Positions 27,031 through 41,695 of a DNA stretch of 64,000 nucleotides are shown here, piece after piece. Position 1 is the stretch's first letter. Every line of letters begins with the position of its first letter. A model generated the notes under the pieces. It made no database searches. It was not told where the DNA came from and worked only from the letters and a program-made list of their open reading frames with translations. The position numbers and the translations under genes are program-made. Origin of the DNA: Octopus sinensis (lineage: Eukaryota); contig NC_043002.1 in the NCBI RefSeq assembly GCF_006345805.1, forward strand, positions 65,534,001 to 65,598,000. The letters are read 5' to 3'.

Positions 27031-27905
27031 AAAAATATATGCATACATACAAACATATATGTACGTACCTACATCTACATGTATATATACATGTATATAT
27101 AAATAAATATACGTAAGTACAGGACACCACAACAAGACGTAGAAACAGGAAAAACAAAACTTTTTACAAGAAAACAAGTACAGGACATGCTACACAGGGA
27201 AAATCCACCGTCATCAGCTGTCGCTCGTTAACTCAGGCGTGTTTCGAAGGCAAGACAGGACACATCGTCAACTAGGCTTTCCTGCGAGAGAAATAAAATA
27301 AAATTCCAAGCAGCGGGGTAAAACGGGTAAGAACACAAACAGGATGTAACAATAAAACTGCACAATAAAATACAAGATAAAAATACATGTACAAAAAAAT
27401 ACAAGACGAGAAATAAAAAGAAAATACAATACGGGAAATCAAACAAACAAGAGAACAAATGAGAAAAAACAAACAAACGAAAGGGCCTTTTTTCGGCTAG
27501 ACGAAAGATGTTGTGTGGCAGCGTGTGGAAAGCATGACTTTTCAGTAGCAGAGGCAGCGTGCAAAAGAAAAAAATTTTTAGGCTGGCAGTGAGAAAGAAG
27601 GAAGGAGGAGGGGGACACGCGGCTAAGAGAGAGAAAAGAGGAAGAGTGAGAGGGAGAGAGAGTGGAGAGGGTACAGCAAAGGGAGAGAATTTCGCGTCTT
27701 AAATATTTATATAAAAATTAAATGGAGACAAGAAGTGGAACGAACCGACAAATCGAAACGAACCTGACGCGAGGCGCTGTCAGACAATAATGTAATAATG
27801 TAATAAATAAAAATGTATGCATACATACAAACATATATGTACGTACCTACAGTTACATGTATATATACATGCATATATAAATAAATATACGTAAGTACAG
27901 GACAC
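27031..27905. repeat. Segment flanked by 97-bp direct repeats (27031-27127, 27809-27905)
   Basis: About 4 mismatches between repeats; non-coding interior. Confidence 0.75.
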
Positions 27906-28224
27906 GTAAGTACATATATATATATATGCGCGTGTGTGTGGATTTTAGTAGTAACTTAAAGTCTTTCTCCACATGCCACATGAAGTCACGCTGATTTGAC
28001 CTGATAAATACGTTATGAGTATGCGTGTCTACGAAATACTCCCCTCTTTACACGTGTATTTCACGTCTTATTAAACGCGATGGAACTTCCACTGCTGTCA
28101 CCACTACTACTACTACTACTTGCACTGCCATCTTCATCTGCAGTAAATGTCTAAGAGCACCAATATCAATATTTCAGTCAACAATAAAACGATGAATTGC
28201 CATAAACGTTAACACGATAGGCAA

Positions 28225-28392
28225 AATGCTTAACAGAGTATCGTCCGTCCTTACGTTGAGTTAAAATTCCGCCAACGTCGACTTTGCCTTTCATTGTCGA
28301 TAATGTACCAGTTGATCACTAAGGCCAGCGTAATCGACTTAGCCCCTAGCCGGAAAATAATGACCTTGTGCCAAAATTTAAGACCGATATTT
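28225..28392 (+). mobile_element. SINE family B, diverged
   Basis: AAATTCCGCCAACGTCGACTTTGCCTTTCAT...GTACCAGTT...TAATCGACTTA. Confidence 0.7.
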
Positions 28393-28620
28393 CATTCAAG
28401 AATCACAACCACATCACCACTATCCTTTACTTTGAGCTTACTTCTTCCTCTTCGGCCGGCGCTTACCTTTCGAGGCAATTTTGTAAGTTTGCCATTTTTC
28501 GATGATAGTAGTTTGGCAGGATCGTTAACGCATCTGACAAAGTGCCTTATGACATTCAGTTAAGGTTCTCAGTTCAAAAGCCGCGGAGGTCACACTTGAC
28601 TTTATATATATATACATATA

Positions 28621-28668
<48 letters not shown>

Positions 28669-28679
28669 TATATTATATA

Positions 28680-28742
<63 letters not shown>

Positions 28743-29983
28743 TATATTGTGGTCAATAAAATAAAAGTAGAAGAAAAGTATCGATATCAATCTAATTGAT
28801 TTTCCCTTTACCAAAGTTTCGGGTAAAGTGCCAATATTTGAAATGAATTTTATAACTTTTGTTATTTTTGTATGCTTAAAGGTTCAAAATCTTTGGAGTG
28901 TACACAAAGAAAAATTCCATTCCACGGGTCAATAATTTCGTAGTTTCAGGCACTAAAATGCTATTGAAAGTCGAAATCTTATTGCATATTTGGTCCACCT
29001 TTAACATATATCTTACTCAGTGATCTACCGTCTGAGACCACATTTCTTTAACTGCAAGATTTAGAGACAATTAGCTCTCATGTCACACTTTGCTAGACGT
29101 AACGACTAAGAAAATCAGTAATTAGTTTTTCAGCCTGCTTTTGATCAGAACTTTATGAACACGATACTAATAAATATAATTTGTCTATTATCTGCCCCTG
29201 AACATTTTGAGTAACGGAGATTGGTTAATAAGGAGTCTTCGTCCTCATAAAAGGGCACAAACTGCAGTTAAAAGACTGCTGATGTGTAGTTTGACTTTAG
29301 AATATTTTTTATATCCTGTCGTAAACTAGGCATTCAGTTATAAACCAGGCTATCTTAAAGCATGTGTGTGTGCGCGCGTGTATTTCAATAGTTATAATCC
29401 TAATTACTTAGGAGATATGCACAAGAGCACATAGGTTCTAAGAGAGTCATAACCAATTGAGTCCATCTCCAGAATATGAATATGAGAAGGATAAAATACT
29501 TGTAGACACGTGTTTGATGTGATCGAAATTTCAATGAGACCTACTTTGAGTGAATATTTTAGATTCAGGTAAGAATATATTTGGATCTCACTCAATACGC
29601 CAGCTGAATTCAATTCGTCCACAGTCGAAAGACGCCTGTTGTTATTATTATTATTGTTTTTTTTTTGTATTTATATTCGTATTATTTTTGTTTTGTTTTT
29701 TTTTAATATTCGTGTTACATCGTCCGTTTTTTCTGTCCTTGTTTCGTAGATATTCGACCCTTTTTCCGAGGAAGCTAATGCTCTTAGCTTAGTTTTTCCT
29801 TGAGGCTGGCCAGATTGGAGCAATCTCAAGATTAATCAGCCGAAATTGCGAGGATGATCCGGTTCTTGACTGAAGACTAAAGGCTTGGAATGACCTGTCC
29901 GGGTTTTTTGTATCGTCTATTTGGATGTTTTGCGTTCTTGTCCCAATTGTATTATATATATATATTATATATATATAGATATA

Positions 29984-30041
<58 letters not shown>

Positions 30042-30539
30042 GTAATATAATATATATATATTTGTTGGAAGCAAGATGAACAACGATAATTTAGGTAAGA
30101 GTGAATTGTAATAGTCTACCAATCAGCTTATATACATATTCGTCTATCCATAAATAAACAAGGCCTAAATTCAGGTTTGAACCCAAAACTGAAAAATCAT
30201 CTTAAAACTGATGAGCCTGAGCTGCGTTTTGTCAAGGGCCAGTAGTGGTTTAGAGATAAAAAAAATGATATAAGTGAAGATATGCAGCATTTGCGGGGTA
30301 TGATCCTGCTCTTAGATAATAGCTTTCAAAATATTTTGGAATTTGCATGTGTAAAATCAACTACATTGTCAGCTGTTTGTGATAATAGAATCTTGCGTTA
30401 GGGTGTTCGACTATATAGAGGCTAGCAAGTCTGTGTGATTAAGAAGTTGGCTATGCGACCGACTGGTATCGAGTTCAACCTCACTGAGCATTACCGTGGG
30501 TAAGTGTTGTTTGGTATATACATATTCATATGTCTCTCT

Positions 30540-30630
<91 letters not shown>

Positions 30631-30632
<2 letters not shown>

Positions 30633-30636
30633 CGTG

Positions 30637-30685
<49 letters not shown>

Positions 30686-31246
30686 TATGTATGTATGTAT
30701 GTATGTATGTATGTATGTATGTTGTGTTTATTGTAATGGTCTCTCCAAACGTTCCACAAGGTGCTGACTTATTTAAATCCTCGTAAACTTAACAGTTCAG
30801 CAAAATAGGGCGATATAACGAATAGCCGATTTTAAGGTTAAAACATTTAAATTACCACAAGTCGCATTTTTCGACTGAACCCTTCAAAGCGGTGCCCTAG
30901 CCCCACCACCACCACCACCACCACCAACATGACCGTAGTCCATTGACTGAAACAAGTTAAAAAATGAAAGAATAACAAAGGTCTTTCAAAAATCTCGAAT
31001 CATAGGATTTATCTTTACTAATTCTTCTGTAGAATCATTGTGTTTTTGTTCTGTGTTCTTTTTTTTTAAACGTCTTATTCAATCCAGCTGCAAAGGATAT
31101 TAAAAGTTTCAGATGTTCTTGAAGGTGTAGAATGTTGACGCCTGAATCCGTAATGGCGGTCATGAATTCATCGTGATGGCGGCCGTGGCGGCTTAGACGA
31201 CCACTTATTCAAAGTAGAAAACACACACACACACACACACACAAAC

Positions 31247-31279
<33 letters not shown>

Positions 31280-31309
31280 ATATATAGATAGATAGATAGA
31301 TAGATAGAG

Positions 31310-31352
<43 letters not shown>

Positions 31353-31356
31353 CGTG

Positions 31357-31432
<76 letters not shown>

Positions 31433-31950
31433 TGTATGTATGTATGTATGTTTGTGTTTATTATTGTAATTGTCTCTCCAAACGTTCCACAAAAGGTGCT
31501 GACTTATTTAAATCCTCGTAAACTTAACAGTTCAGCAAAATAGGGCGATATAACGAATAGCCGATTTTAAGGTTAAAACATTTAAATTACCACAAGTCGC
31601 ATTTTTCGACTGAACCCTTCAAAGCGGTGCCCTAGCCCCACCACCACCACCACCACCACCAACATGACCGTAGTCCATTGACTGAAACAAGTTAAAAAAT
31701 GAAAGAATAACAAAGGTCTTTCAAAAATCTCGAATCATAGGATTTATCTTTACTAATTCTTCTGTAGAATCATTGTGTTTTTGTTCTGTGTTCTTTTTTT
31801 TTAAACGTCTTATTCAATCCAGCTGCAAAGGATATTAAAAGTTTCAGATGTTCTTGAAGGTGTAGAATGTTGACGCCTGAATCCGTAATGGCGGTCATGA
31901 ATTCATCGTGATGGCGGCCGTGGCGGCTTAGACGACCACTTATTCAAAGT

Positions 31951-32000
<50 letters not shown>
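30631..32000. repeat. Tandem duplication, ~720-735-bp period, bounded by (GATA)n/(TA)n/(CA)n
   Basis: GACGTGGGTATA at 30631 and 31351; unique interior nearly identical. Confidence 0.95.
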
Positions 32001-32010
<10 letters not shown>

Positions 32011-32024
32011 GATAGATAGATAGC

Positions 32025-32106
<82 letters not shown>

Positions 32107-32417
32107 TGGATATATATATATATATTTAAGTCCCAGATCAAACATCAAATTTTCCGAATGAAATGCAGATTTCTCAACCACAAATTTACCGGAGGCATCG
32201 TCCTAGTAACCCGACAATGTTCTTTCAAAACATTTATCCTCCTACACACATATCTAGTGTTTCTGCCACTTCAGCGCTCTGTTTTTTTTCCCAGCATCTA
32301 TGTTAATAATGCATGTCTTTCACTTCGGCAATTTTTTTTTTCTCTCTTATCATCCTCTCTTTCGTTTTCAATTTCAAATTTCTTCTTTTTATACTTCATT
32401 TTCTACTACTACTACTT

Positions 32418-32511
<94 letters not shown>

Positions 32512-32845
32512 CACCACCAGCACCACCACCACTACTACTGCTACCACCACCACCACTACTGCTGCTATTACTATTGCTAATATTACTACTACGTTTTCTC
32601 CAGATGAACTACTTCTAATAAATTGATGAGATAAATTCTCTAGACACTAAACAATTATAGCGTGATTTTTTTGTTATTCTGTTTCATTTCTTTCTTTCAA
32701 TTTTTTTTTTTTTTTTGCGCTGTTAATTTGTTCAATTTTCAATAACGCTACATATACAACGCACTGGTAAACAAGATCTAGCTGTAAACACCCAATATTT
32801 TTTACTATATATACATACACACACATATGTATACATATATATCAT

Positions 32846-32876
<31 letters not shown>

Positions 32877-32884
32877 ATATATAT

Positions 32885-32949
<65 letters not shown>

Positions 32950-32953
<4 letters not shown>

Positions 32954-33355
32954 TTTATCTTTTACTTGTTACAGTCATTAGACAGCGGCCATGCTGGGGC
33001 ACCGCCTTGAAGAATTGTAGCTGAACGAATCGTATTTTAAGCCTAGTGTTTATTCTATCGGGTTCTTTTGTTGAATCGCTAAATCATGGTGACGTAAACA
33101 CATCGATATTCGCTGTCGATCAATGATGGGAAACAAAGACAGACAGGTACAAACACACAAACACATACATATGTGTGTATGGTGTGTACGACTGGCTTCT
33201 TTCAGTTTCTGTCAACGAAGTCGACTTACAAGGCTTTAATCGACTGGAGGTTATAGTAGAAGACAGCTGCCCAATCCAAAATGACAAGCAGTGAAAATTA
33301 AACCAAGACCACGTGTTTGGGAAGTAAACCTTTTAACACACAGCCACGCCTGCAC
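32950..33355 (-). mobile_element. SINE family A, diverged full-length copy
   Basis: Colinear similarity to 21587-22005. Confidence 0.75.
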
Positions 33356-33358
33356 CTC

Positions 33359-33465
<107 letters not shown>

Positions 33466-33699
33466 CTTATGTTATAGTTAATCATTTTTTTTGCTGACAG
33501 CGCTCGATGAAAACCATGAATAATATATAATATAAACTATTTTTTTAGAAGTTCAAGACTACGAGACCGCAAATTTGTAGGTGAATGATCTATCTATTAG
33601 TTTGTCCAACACAAGAGGAAGCACTCACCTAGACGATCAGACTATACGAAATAGCAGTCGAATTTCCTTGGAAGTCTAATTTAACATAGTATGGTTTCA

Positions 33700-34480
33700 A
33701 ACTTTGGTTCAAGGTTGGCAATTGTAAGAGAGGGATAGGGGTAAGTCAATTACATCAACCCCAGTGTTACATTAGTACTTATTTTATCCATCCTGCGAGT
33801 ATGAAACGCAATATGAACCTCGGTAGATATTGAACCCAAAACGTAAAGAGCTAGAATACAAGCCACTAAGCATTTTATCCCACTCGCTAACGATTCGACC
33901 AGTTCGCCAGATCACGTGGTAACCTGGGTACATTTAATAGAAATGGGATGGGACGATCATATTCGGGACACTTTGATCGTTCATCCAACTGACTGATCTG
34001 TTATTAAGTATTACATGGTTTCAAAATTTGGAACACGATCAGCAGAGTTTGGTTTGGAGTTGAGTCGCTTACATCTGTCTCTCTGTTCACCTGTTACTTG
34101 TTTTATCGACACCGAAAGGATGAAAGCAAAGTCGACCTCAATAAAGCAAAGTCGACCTCAATAAGACAAAGTCGACCTCAAAAACGCAAAGCCGACCTTA
34201 AACCCATAATGTAAAGACGGACGAAATACAGCTAAGCATTTCGCCCGGTGTGTTAAAAACTCTGACAGCTCGCCGCCTTATTAAATACTAAAATTAAATA
34301 CAACACAAGGCGACGAGTTAGCCGAATCGGGTGAAATGCTTAGCTGTATTTTGTCCTTCTTCACGTTCCGAGTTCAAATTCCACCAAGGCCGACTTTACT
34401 TTTCATCCTTCCCATGTAATCAACATATCTCCTCCACTGAAATTACTGGCCCTGTGGAAACATTTGAAATGAATATTAAA
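33700..34480. mobile_element. Cluster of three family B SINEs (~33700-33910 minus, ~34030-34280 minus, ~34307-34470 plus)
   Basis: Each shows the family B head or core; the middle copy has about four tandem 20-bp repeats of AAAGCAAAGTCGACCTCAAT. Confidence 0.7.
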
Positions 34481-34658
34481 TACCAACACCAAGAAAACTA
34501 ATGTTAATTATTAAATTTTAGATTTGGTGTGCAAGTTTCTTTATGTGAGTTCGTGGGCTGAAGCATATTCTGCTGTGTCTGGGGAGAGTCATTTACTTTT
34601 TGTGCCTTATAACATACATACATATATGCATACATTCATGCATAGGCATTCACGCACG

Positions 34659-34695
<37 letters not shown>

Positions 34696-36289
34696 TGACC
34701 CACACACTGCGCACAACAAACAAAAAGGAACGCAGTGTAAATAACGGACATAGTCATGACTATTGAAAAGTTTGAAAGACGCAACGAAAATTTTAGGAAA
34801 ATAAAAATAAGGAATAAGTGGAAATTTTACCGGTGAGTATGCTAAATTATAAGGCTCAAACAGAAAATGGCTCTCGCCAGACACAACAGTCAATTATTAA
34901 CTCGTGTTTTAAAAACCATATCTCGTATAGATATAAAGCAAAATCAATCCGAATTTGGACCCTGTATGAGTGTCTAGAAATAGTAGTGAAATCCTCTTCA
35001 AAATACATTTCAGAAACCTTGTCAAAAACGAAGATGCGTACTTTAATGTGCTCCTAATGAATATACAAAATAGCGGTAAGAGATTGTAGCAGAATTGCCT
35101 TGTAGGATTGTTTTATTCGATCACTGTTTGCTAAAGACTATACAACAACTATAAAGGGAATTAATGGAAAGATAGTTGTCCGTGGCTTACTTTACATCAC
35201 TGAACAGTCTTAATTATAATCAGATATTATAAGTGTTGCAATCCCGGTTTTGTACATGGCTTTTAGACAGTATGCAGTAATTTGAGAGATATTTGTGAAC
35301 TATCTCTAGCAGTTCGATCGCCCTCCGAGAGTGTTCCTGATAGCTCAATGCTAAAATGATTGGAGAAAGTTCTGTCCTGCTGCTATATCTAGCATGCCGT
35401 GTAACTGTTTTTAGTATTATCTTGAATTATCATTCTGACGTCTTTACTAATGGAATGTCCACGATACACTGTACACACCCAAGAGCAACATACTCTAAAC
35501 GCAGGGAGCTTTAGCAGTTTTCTACAAATAAATATTTGAAATCTGATTAGTTGATAAACAGCCATGGAACTGGAATGTAACCGACGATACTATCAGGTGA
35601 GGTCTGTTGCTACAAGGACAATCAAGTGAAACAATACTTTTTAAAAAATGATCATAAGGTGGGGTAGAAGAGGCTCGAACATAAACACAGTTATCTAACG
35701 ATCAAACAAGTGATCTACACCACATCTTTCATCTCGGTAATGACTGTATAACGACTTCTATACATTTGAAATAACAAGTTTAGTGCTTAGTACAATTTGT
35801 ACGTGAGTTTAACTGGTTCTCGTCATACATGCATACATACATATATACTTAAATTCGTACATGCATACATGCATAGAAATACTAGGTTTTTCGAAGTAAG
35901 AGGAAAAGAAAACTGACGCAGATTCTCCAAATCAAATCTAAATGGGACACAATGAAGATCTGTAAGACATTTCAAAGATTCTCCATCTGAGATGCTTTAT
36001 GTGAATTGATGCACATATTTGTGTGTATCCAGCAACAGCTCAACCAATATTCCAACATATATTCAAAAACACCTGAAACCCCCTTAACTCAAAAAGCATT
36101 GCCGCTTTGTTAGCGACCAGCTTGAACTCTCATCAGAACTTAAATAAAACTCAAAAGAAAATACATAGATACCGACACACGTACATGCATACAAACATAA
36201 ATACATACATACATTCATACATACATGCATCCATCCACCAATCAATACATACATACATACACACATATACATACGTACGTACGTACGTC

Positions 36290-37240
36290 TGATAACCTAG
36301 AATACATGTCCAAACAAGTCGCAGGATTCTACCGCAACGTATCATCAAATGAAAGGATGAGCCTATATGAGCAGAAGATTATATATGGATTTGTTACCAG
36401 AAAGCTCCGTGATGATTGTAACATCGATCATCAAAGCAGTTTATCATGGACGAATAGCCAGATTACTACCTCCCATTTTGAAGGGTATGCATTTGCAATC
36501 CAGGAACAGAAAATATCAATCAAGTACCAGATGCACAAAAGGTATAGAGATTCAGGTAAAACCGTAAAGTGTAACAACCGAAGCAGACTTTGTGGAGTTC
36601 ACACTGAAGACAACACCCATATCACCAGCATTTGTCCGAGAATGTCATCACGGTTTTATCTACCGATGAGACATGACGTAGTATCTAGGACACTCTATAA
36701 AGAAATCTGTCTGAAGGATAATTTCGAGGACGAAAAAATAAGAACCCAAAATATGGTAGAAACCATAGCCACTCATAATAAAAAGGAATACTGGTGGAAT
36801 GTCCCAGTGAAGAACTCAATAAAATGTAAGCACACCGGACCTGATATAATGATTTGGGATAGGGAAGAGAAGCTATGCACACTTGTGGTAATTAGCTGGA
36901 CAGCGGATGTTAACATAAAGCTGAAGATCAGTGAAAAAGGAAACACTTACTATTGAAAAATCTGCAACTACTCTATCCAGATTACAAGTTCAGGTTTATA
37001 CCTGTAATTATTGGGGCCCTGAGATATGTAACACACTGCATAGATACCAAACTTAAGAAATTAGGCTTCTCAAAACTAGAAAGGAGAAAGCTAATTCGAA
37101 GACTACAGATCCAATCCATGACTGGAACTGTAAAAATCTGTACAACTTTCCAGTGGTTTATCATTTAAATATATATGAGCATGTCTAGACATGCAACTAT
37201 ATGCATGAGAATACATACTTAAAACATACAAATCTTCACA
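36290..37240 (+). mobile_element. 5'-truncated RLE-type LINE (R4/Dong-like): zinc knuckle, endonuclease and 3' UTR
   Basis: SRLCGVHTEDNTHITSICP...RHDVV (decayed CCHC), EYWWN...GPDIMIWDREEKLC...EK, then frameshift to LQLLYPDYKFRFIPVIIGAL; flanked both sides by (CATA)n. Confidence 0.85.
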
Positions 37241-37460
37241 TACATACATACATACATATATACATACCTACCTACCTACATACATACATACATACATACA
37301 TACATACATACATACATACATACATACATACATACATACATACATACATGCATGCATGCATGCATGCATGCATACATACATACATACATACATACATACA
37401 TACATACATACATACATACATACATACATACATACATACATACATACATACATGCATACA

Positions 37461-37494
<34 letters not shown>

Positions 37495-37504
37495 CATACT
37501 TAAT

Positions 37505-38035
37505 TGATCAAGACTGCAACATCAACCACATTATTGCCAAATGTGAGAGAATGTTTTCCAAAAATTATTCTCTTATGAGGCATGATGCGACTTCTAGAAC
37601 TGTCTGAAACAGGATAGCAAAAAATATCACCTAAAGATGAAGCTGATTATACCGAGAGCGATGGATCAAAGGAATACTGGAGGAATTTAGCAATTAAAAC
37701 AGCCATACAACCACCCATATATTGTTGTGTGGGACCACAAAGAAATGATATATGTGGGAATCAGTTGTTGGGTGGAGACCAATGTGGTTTGAAGAATACA
37801 AGAAATATAGGACATGTATGGACCATTGATAAGGAGTTTGCAGATCCAGTACCCAAGATACACTTTCTGTTTAATACTTATTATTATCAGAGCAACAGAA
37901 TACACAACCCGTCTGGAGCAAAATATGGCTGAACTTGGAATCTTGGGGTGAGAATGAAAATCCTTAATTCATGGGCTAGAAATAATATATGAATCAGGAT
38001 AAATCTATAAGACCGTCTTTAGATTTAAAGAATGA
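37505..38035 (+). mobile_element. Second, more decayed RLE-domain fragment of a related LINE
   Basis: NINHIIAKCERM...MRHDATSRTV, EYWRNLAIKT, IVVWDHKE, LQIQYPRYTFCLILIII with stops and frameshifts. Confidence 0.7.
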
Positions 38036-38165
38036 TCAACAACACAAGATGGTCTCCTTCATGTTCTTGCTACTAAGCAGATGATTGTTTAAAACTTATT
38101 CTAAATTGAAACGAGAAAGTGAATATGCATACACTTGTGAGAGCACGAGCGCGCGTTTGTGTGCG

Positions 38166-38234
<69 letters not shown>

Positions 38235-39590
38235 ATAGAAAGACAGACAGATCGAAAGACAAACAGATAGACACACAGATAGATATGTACACATATATTT
38301 ATATGCATCTATATAGATACAGATGTGTGTGTTTATATATGTGTGTCTATGTATGCGTAAATGTACATGTACATATACATGTGTGTGTTATGTAGGTGTG
38401 GTGGTTAGGAGGTGGTGGCGTTGGGGTGTTAATCGACAAGAGTTACAGAGTAATTTGAAAAGTCGAGTTTGGTGCATTGGCACTCATCAAACTTGATAAG
38501 TGTCAACATGCGAATCACCCGGCCATTAAGTCATTCTGTAACTGCTGCCTAATAATAAATAATATATATTATGGATGCTAGCCGTACTTGCTCTAAATAC
38601 CAGGACAATCTGTTTCATATCATGTATTACATCCTATGAAAAGGCAGAGTATATTAAATAATTTAAATTTACATAGAATATTTATGTACAAAATACGAAG
38701 TTATCAATATATCCTATTTGTAATAGTTTAGGTCATATCTATTCTCCATTATGACACACTTGGAGGAAATTTAGCGCTTTAGTACTTTAGTACATCAGCA
38801 TATAGTACATCTCACCCCGCAAACTCCTGTTTTAGATATGTTTGATAATTTTTGTTCTAAATAAAACTAACCTCTATACCTTAAACTCTACTCACGTGTT
38901 AACCACGGGTATCAAACTGTACAACATCAAATAGACACATCAGCCAAAGATATTTAACGTGTTAAGGTCATGTACGCTGATCTATCGCTTGGTGTTCTCT
39001 TCCTCGATGATCTCCTAGGCAATGTTGACGTGTTAAATCACTTAAATATTTATTTGATAAATGGAGCAATGTATCACAAATACCTGTCATAGATGCATCT
39101 ACTACCATACCGCCAGTCATTCTGTAGAATTGTGTTAATTACAGACATCGGGATATGATCTGAAGAATATGATATTGATTTAGAAATCCGGTTTGTACGT
39201 ATATGTATGTTTGTACATAGATCTGTGAATGTGTGTGTGTGTGTGTTTGTGTGCGTTAACGTATATATATCTTATGTTTTTTTGTGTGGATGTTTATATA
39301 TATATATGTACACATATGTAAATAAATATATATAGACACAAGCAAACATATATATCTATAAATATGTATATTGTTTATATGCCAATAAATGTGTGTGAAT
39401 ATATATGTATACAAATACCTGTAAAAACACACATGTAATGTCCTCTTTCTCGCATTCTCTCTCTCTCTCCCTCTTTATATATATGTATGTATATGTACAT
39501 ATATATATATGTATATATGTATACATAAATGCGTGTGTATATATATATATATACATACATGCATATAAACATACATAAATACATATACAT

Positions 39591-39622
<32 letters not shown>

Positions 39623-40321
39623 ATAATGGAACTGAGATGAACTGAGAATTAATCAATGTTTATATATTCAAATAAAAATGCATTTTTTAATTTTTTTCAT
39701 ATTACACATAATTATATTTCAGCGAGATAAGCGCATTTACGCGCTCACAAACACACAAATACAAATATATACACATATATACATACCTACACATATACAC
39801 ATATACACACTCAACGCCAAGCACATGTGTTCAGCACTTCAACAGAACACCAATGAAAGATTTGCTCGAAGTAGATTCGTTTATCTTCTGTAGTTAACAG
39901 AAACCAAAACACGAGGTGTGGTAAAAAAAGATTCGCCCACACACAAAGACACTCACACAAACACACACACACAAACACACACAAACACACACACTCACAC
40001 ATACAGAGAGAGAGAAAGGGAGAGAGAGAGAGAGAGAAGACGTATATGATTGCATGTATTTGTTCACATGGATGTATAAATCTTTTATTAGTATACTTTT
40101 CTAAAGTATGTATGTGTGTGCGTATATGTGCGTATGTACGTATACGTGTATGTACACACACACATATATATATATATACACACACATGTATATATATATA
40201 TATATGAACACATGCATTTGCCTGTATATATATATATATATATGCTTGTGTGTATATATATATATATGCTTGTGTGTATGTATATATATATATACACACA
40301 CACAAGCATATGCATGTGTGT

Positions 40322-40366
<45 letters not shown>

Positions 40367-41071
40367 AAATCAACATCTAGGAAAATATATATCGATATGT
40401 ATGTACATAATACGGATAATTTACATTTCAATAAATATGTATAATTAGTTGTGTGTACATGTGTGTGGGCGTATGTACACTCCTACACAACAATCAACGT
40501 ATATTTACATAAGAATCGTTATACACATATACAACACATATATATATACATATAAATGATTATATATATGTATAGTGTGAGAGAGAGATGTATATATATA
40601 TATATATATAAGTATGTATGTATGTATAGTGTGAGAGAGATGTATATATATATTTATATATTTATGCATTTATTTATAGATATTCAAATATATGCATATA
40701 TACGCATGCTTATAGTTGTGTGTGTGTGTGTGTGTGAGTGTGTGTGTGTGTGTGTTCTCAGATTTCTATGCATTTCTGAAGATAAAAGAGATGCAGTAAT
40801 ATAGATACGTAAATATGCGTGCAATGGATTCTCTCTGTAAAATTGGTAAAAGTTTTAAAGGCATTGAAGAGTTGCCAAACAGTGAGCATATTATCATCAA
40901 ATTTGGCGCCTGATCAGAGGTAAATGTCAGAGGAAAATATCAGAAAAAAGTCCCTAACCGATAATTCTTTAACCATCATCATCATGATTAAAATAACGAT
41001 TAGATTAGCTACATCGAAATCGTATACTTTTGTATACGCATTTATGCGTTTATGTGTGTGTTTATGAATAC

Positions 41072-41114
<43 letters not shown>

Positions 41115-41120
41115 CATAAC

Positions 41121-41354
41121 TGTAATAAAGACAGCTACTGAGTAGCGCCACATGCTAGAAGAAGACGTCAAATGGTTCTAAAACCACATTATTTATCACC
41201 CAAAACGGACTGAAAGTGAGGTAGATGAATAAAAATTATTTTTTGTTCAGTTACCTCGCTTTCAGCGCGTGTCTATGTGATAAATAAGGTAGTTTTAGAG
41301 CCATTTGGCGTCTTCTTCTAGCATGTGGCGCTACTCAGAAGTTGCTTTTATTAT
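41121..41354. mobile_element. MITE with ~60-75-bp TIRs
   Basis: CTACTGAGTAGCGCCACATGCTAGAAGAAGACGTCAAATGG at left, reverse complement at 41300-41341. Confidence 0.8.
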
Positions 41355-41695
41355 AATTATATTTATAAAATTAAAGGATTTGTATTAATATTTACAGTTT
41401 TTTACATGCAAACTACGTGATAACTTTCCTATATAGATTTTATCTTCGATTATAATGATAGATTTATACACAAACCGACATCCCCACACACAAACGTATA
41501 TATATAAACATGTGTGTGTATCTGTATGCAAATATAATTAAATATATTTTTATAAATTTTGTACATACATATATATTTATTTATATACATACACAGGCAT
41601 GCAGGAAGTAAATAGACATCTTTAATTTTCAAAATCTTTTATTTAATACGCAAAACGAATAATTGAAATGTAATCGATAGGTAGGACTACATACT

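Noticed and set aside
27200-27250. Hammerhead from GAAAC and CTGATGA on the minus strand
   Set aside because: No NUH site or stem III; weak stem II
28876-29003. Kolobok-like element (TTAA-AGGT...ACCT-TTAA)
   Set aside because: Only 4 bp of terminal symmetry; compatible with chance in AT-rich DNA
35110-35600. Possible RTE-type RT remnant (IRSLFAKD)
   Set aside because: One weak motif only; no supporting colinear motifs found by eye
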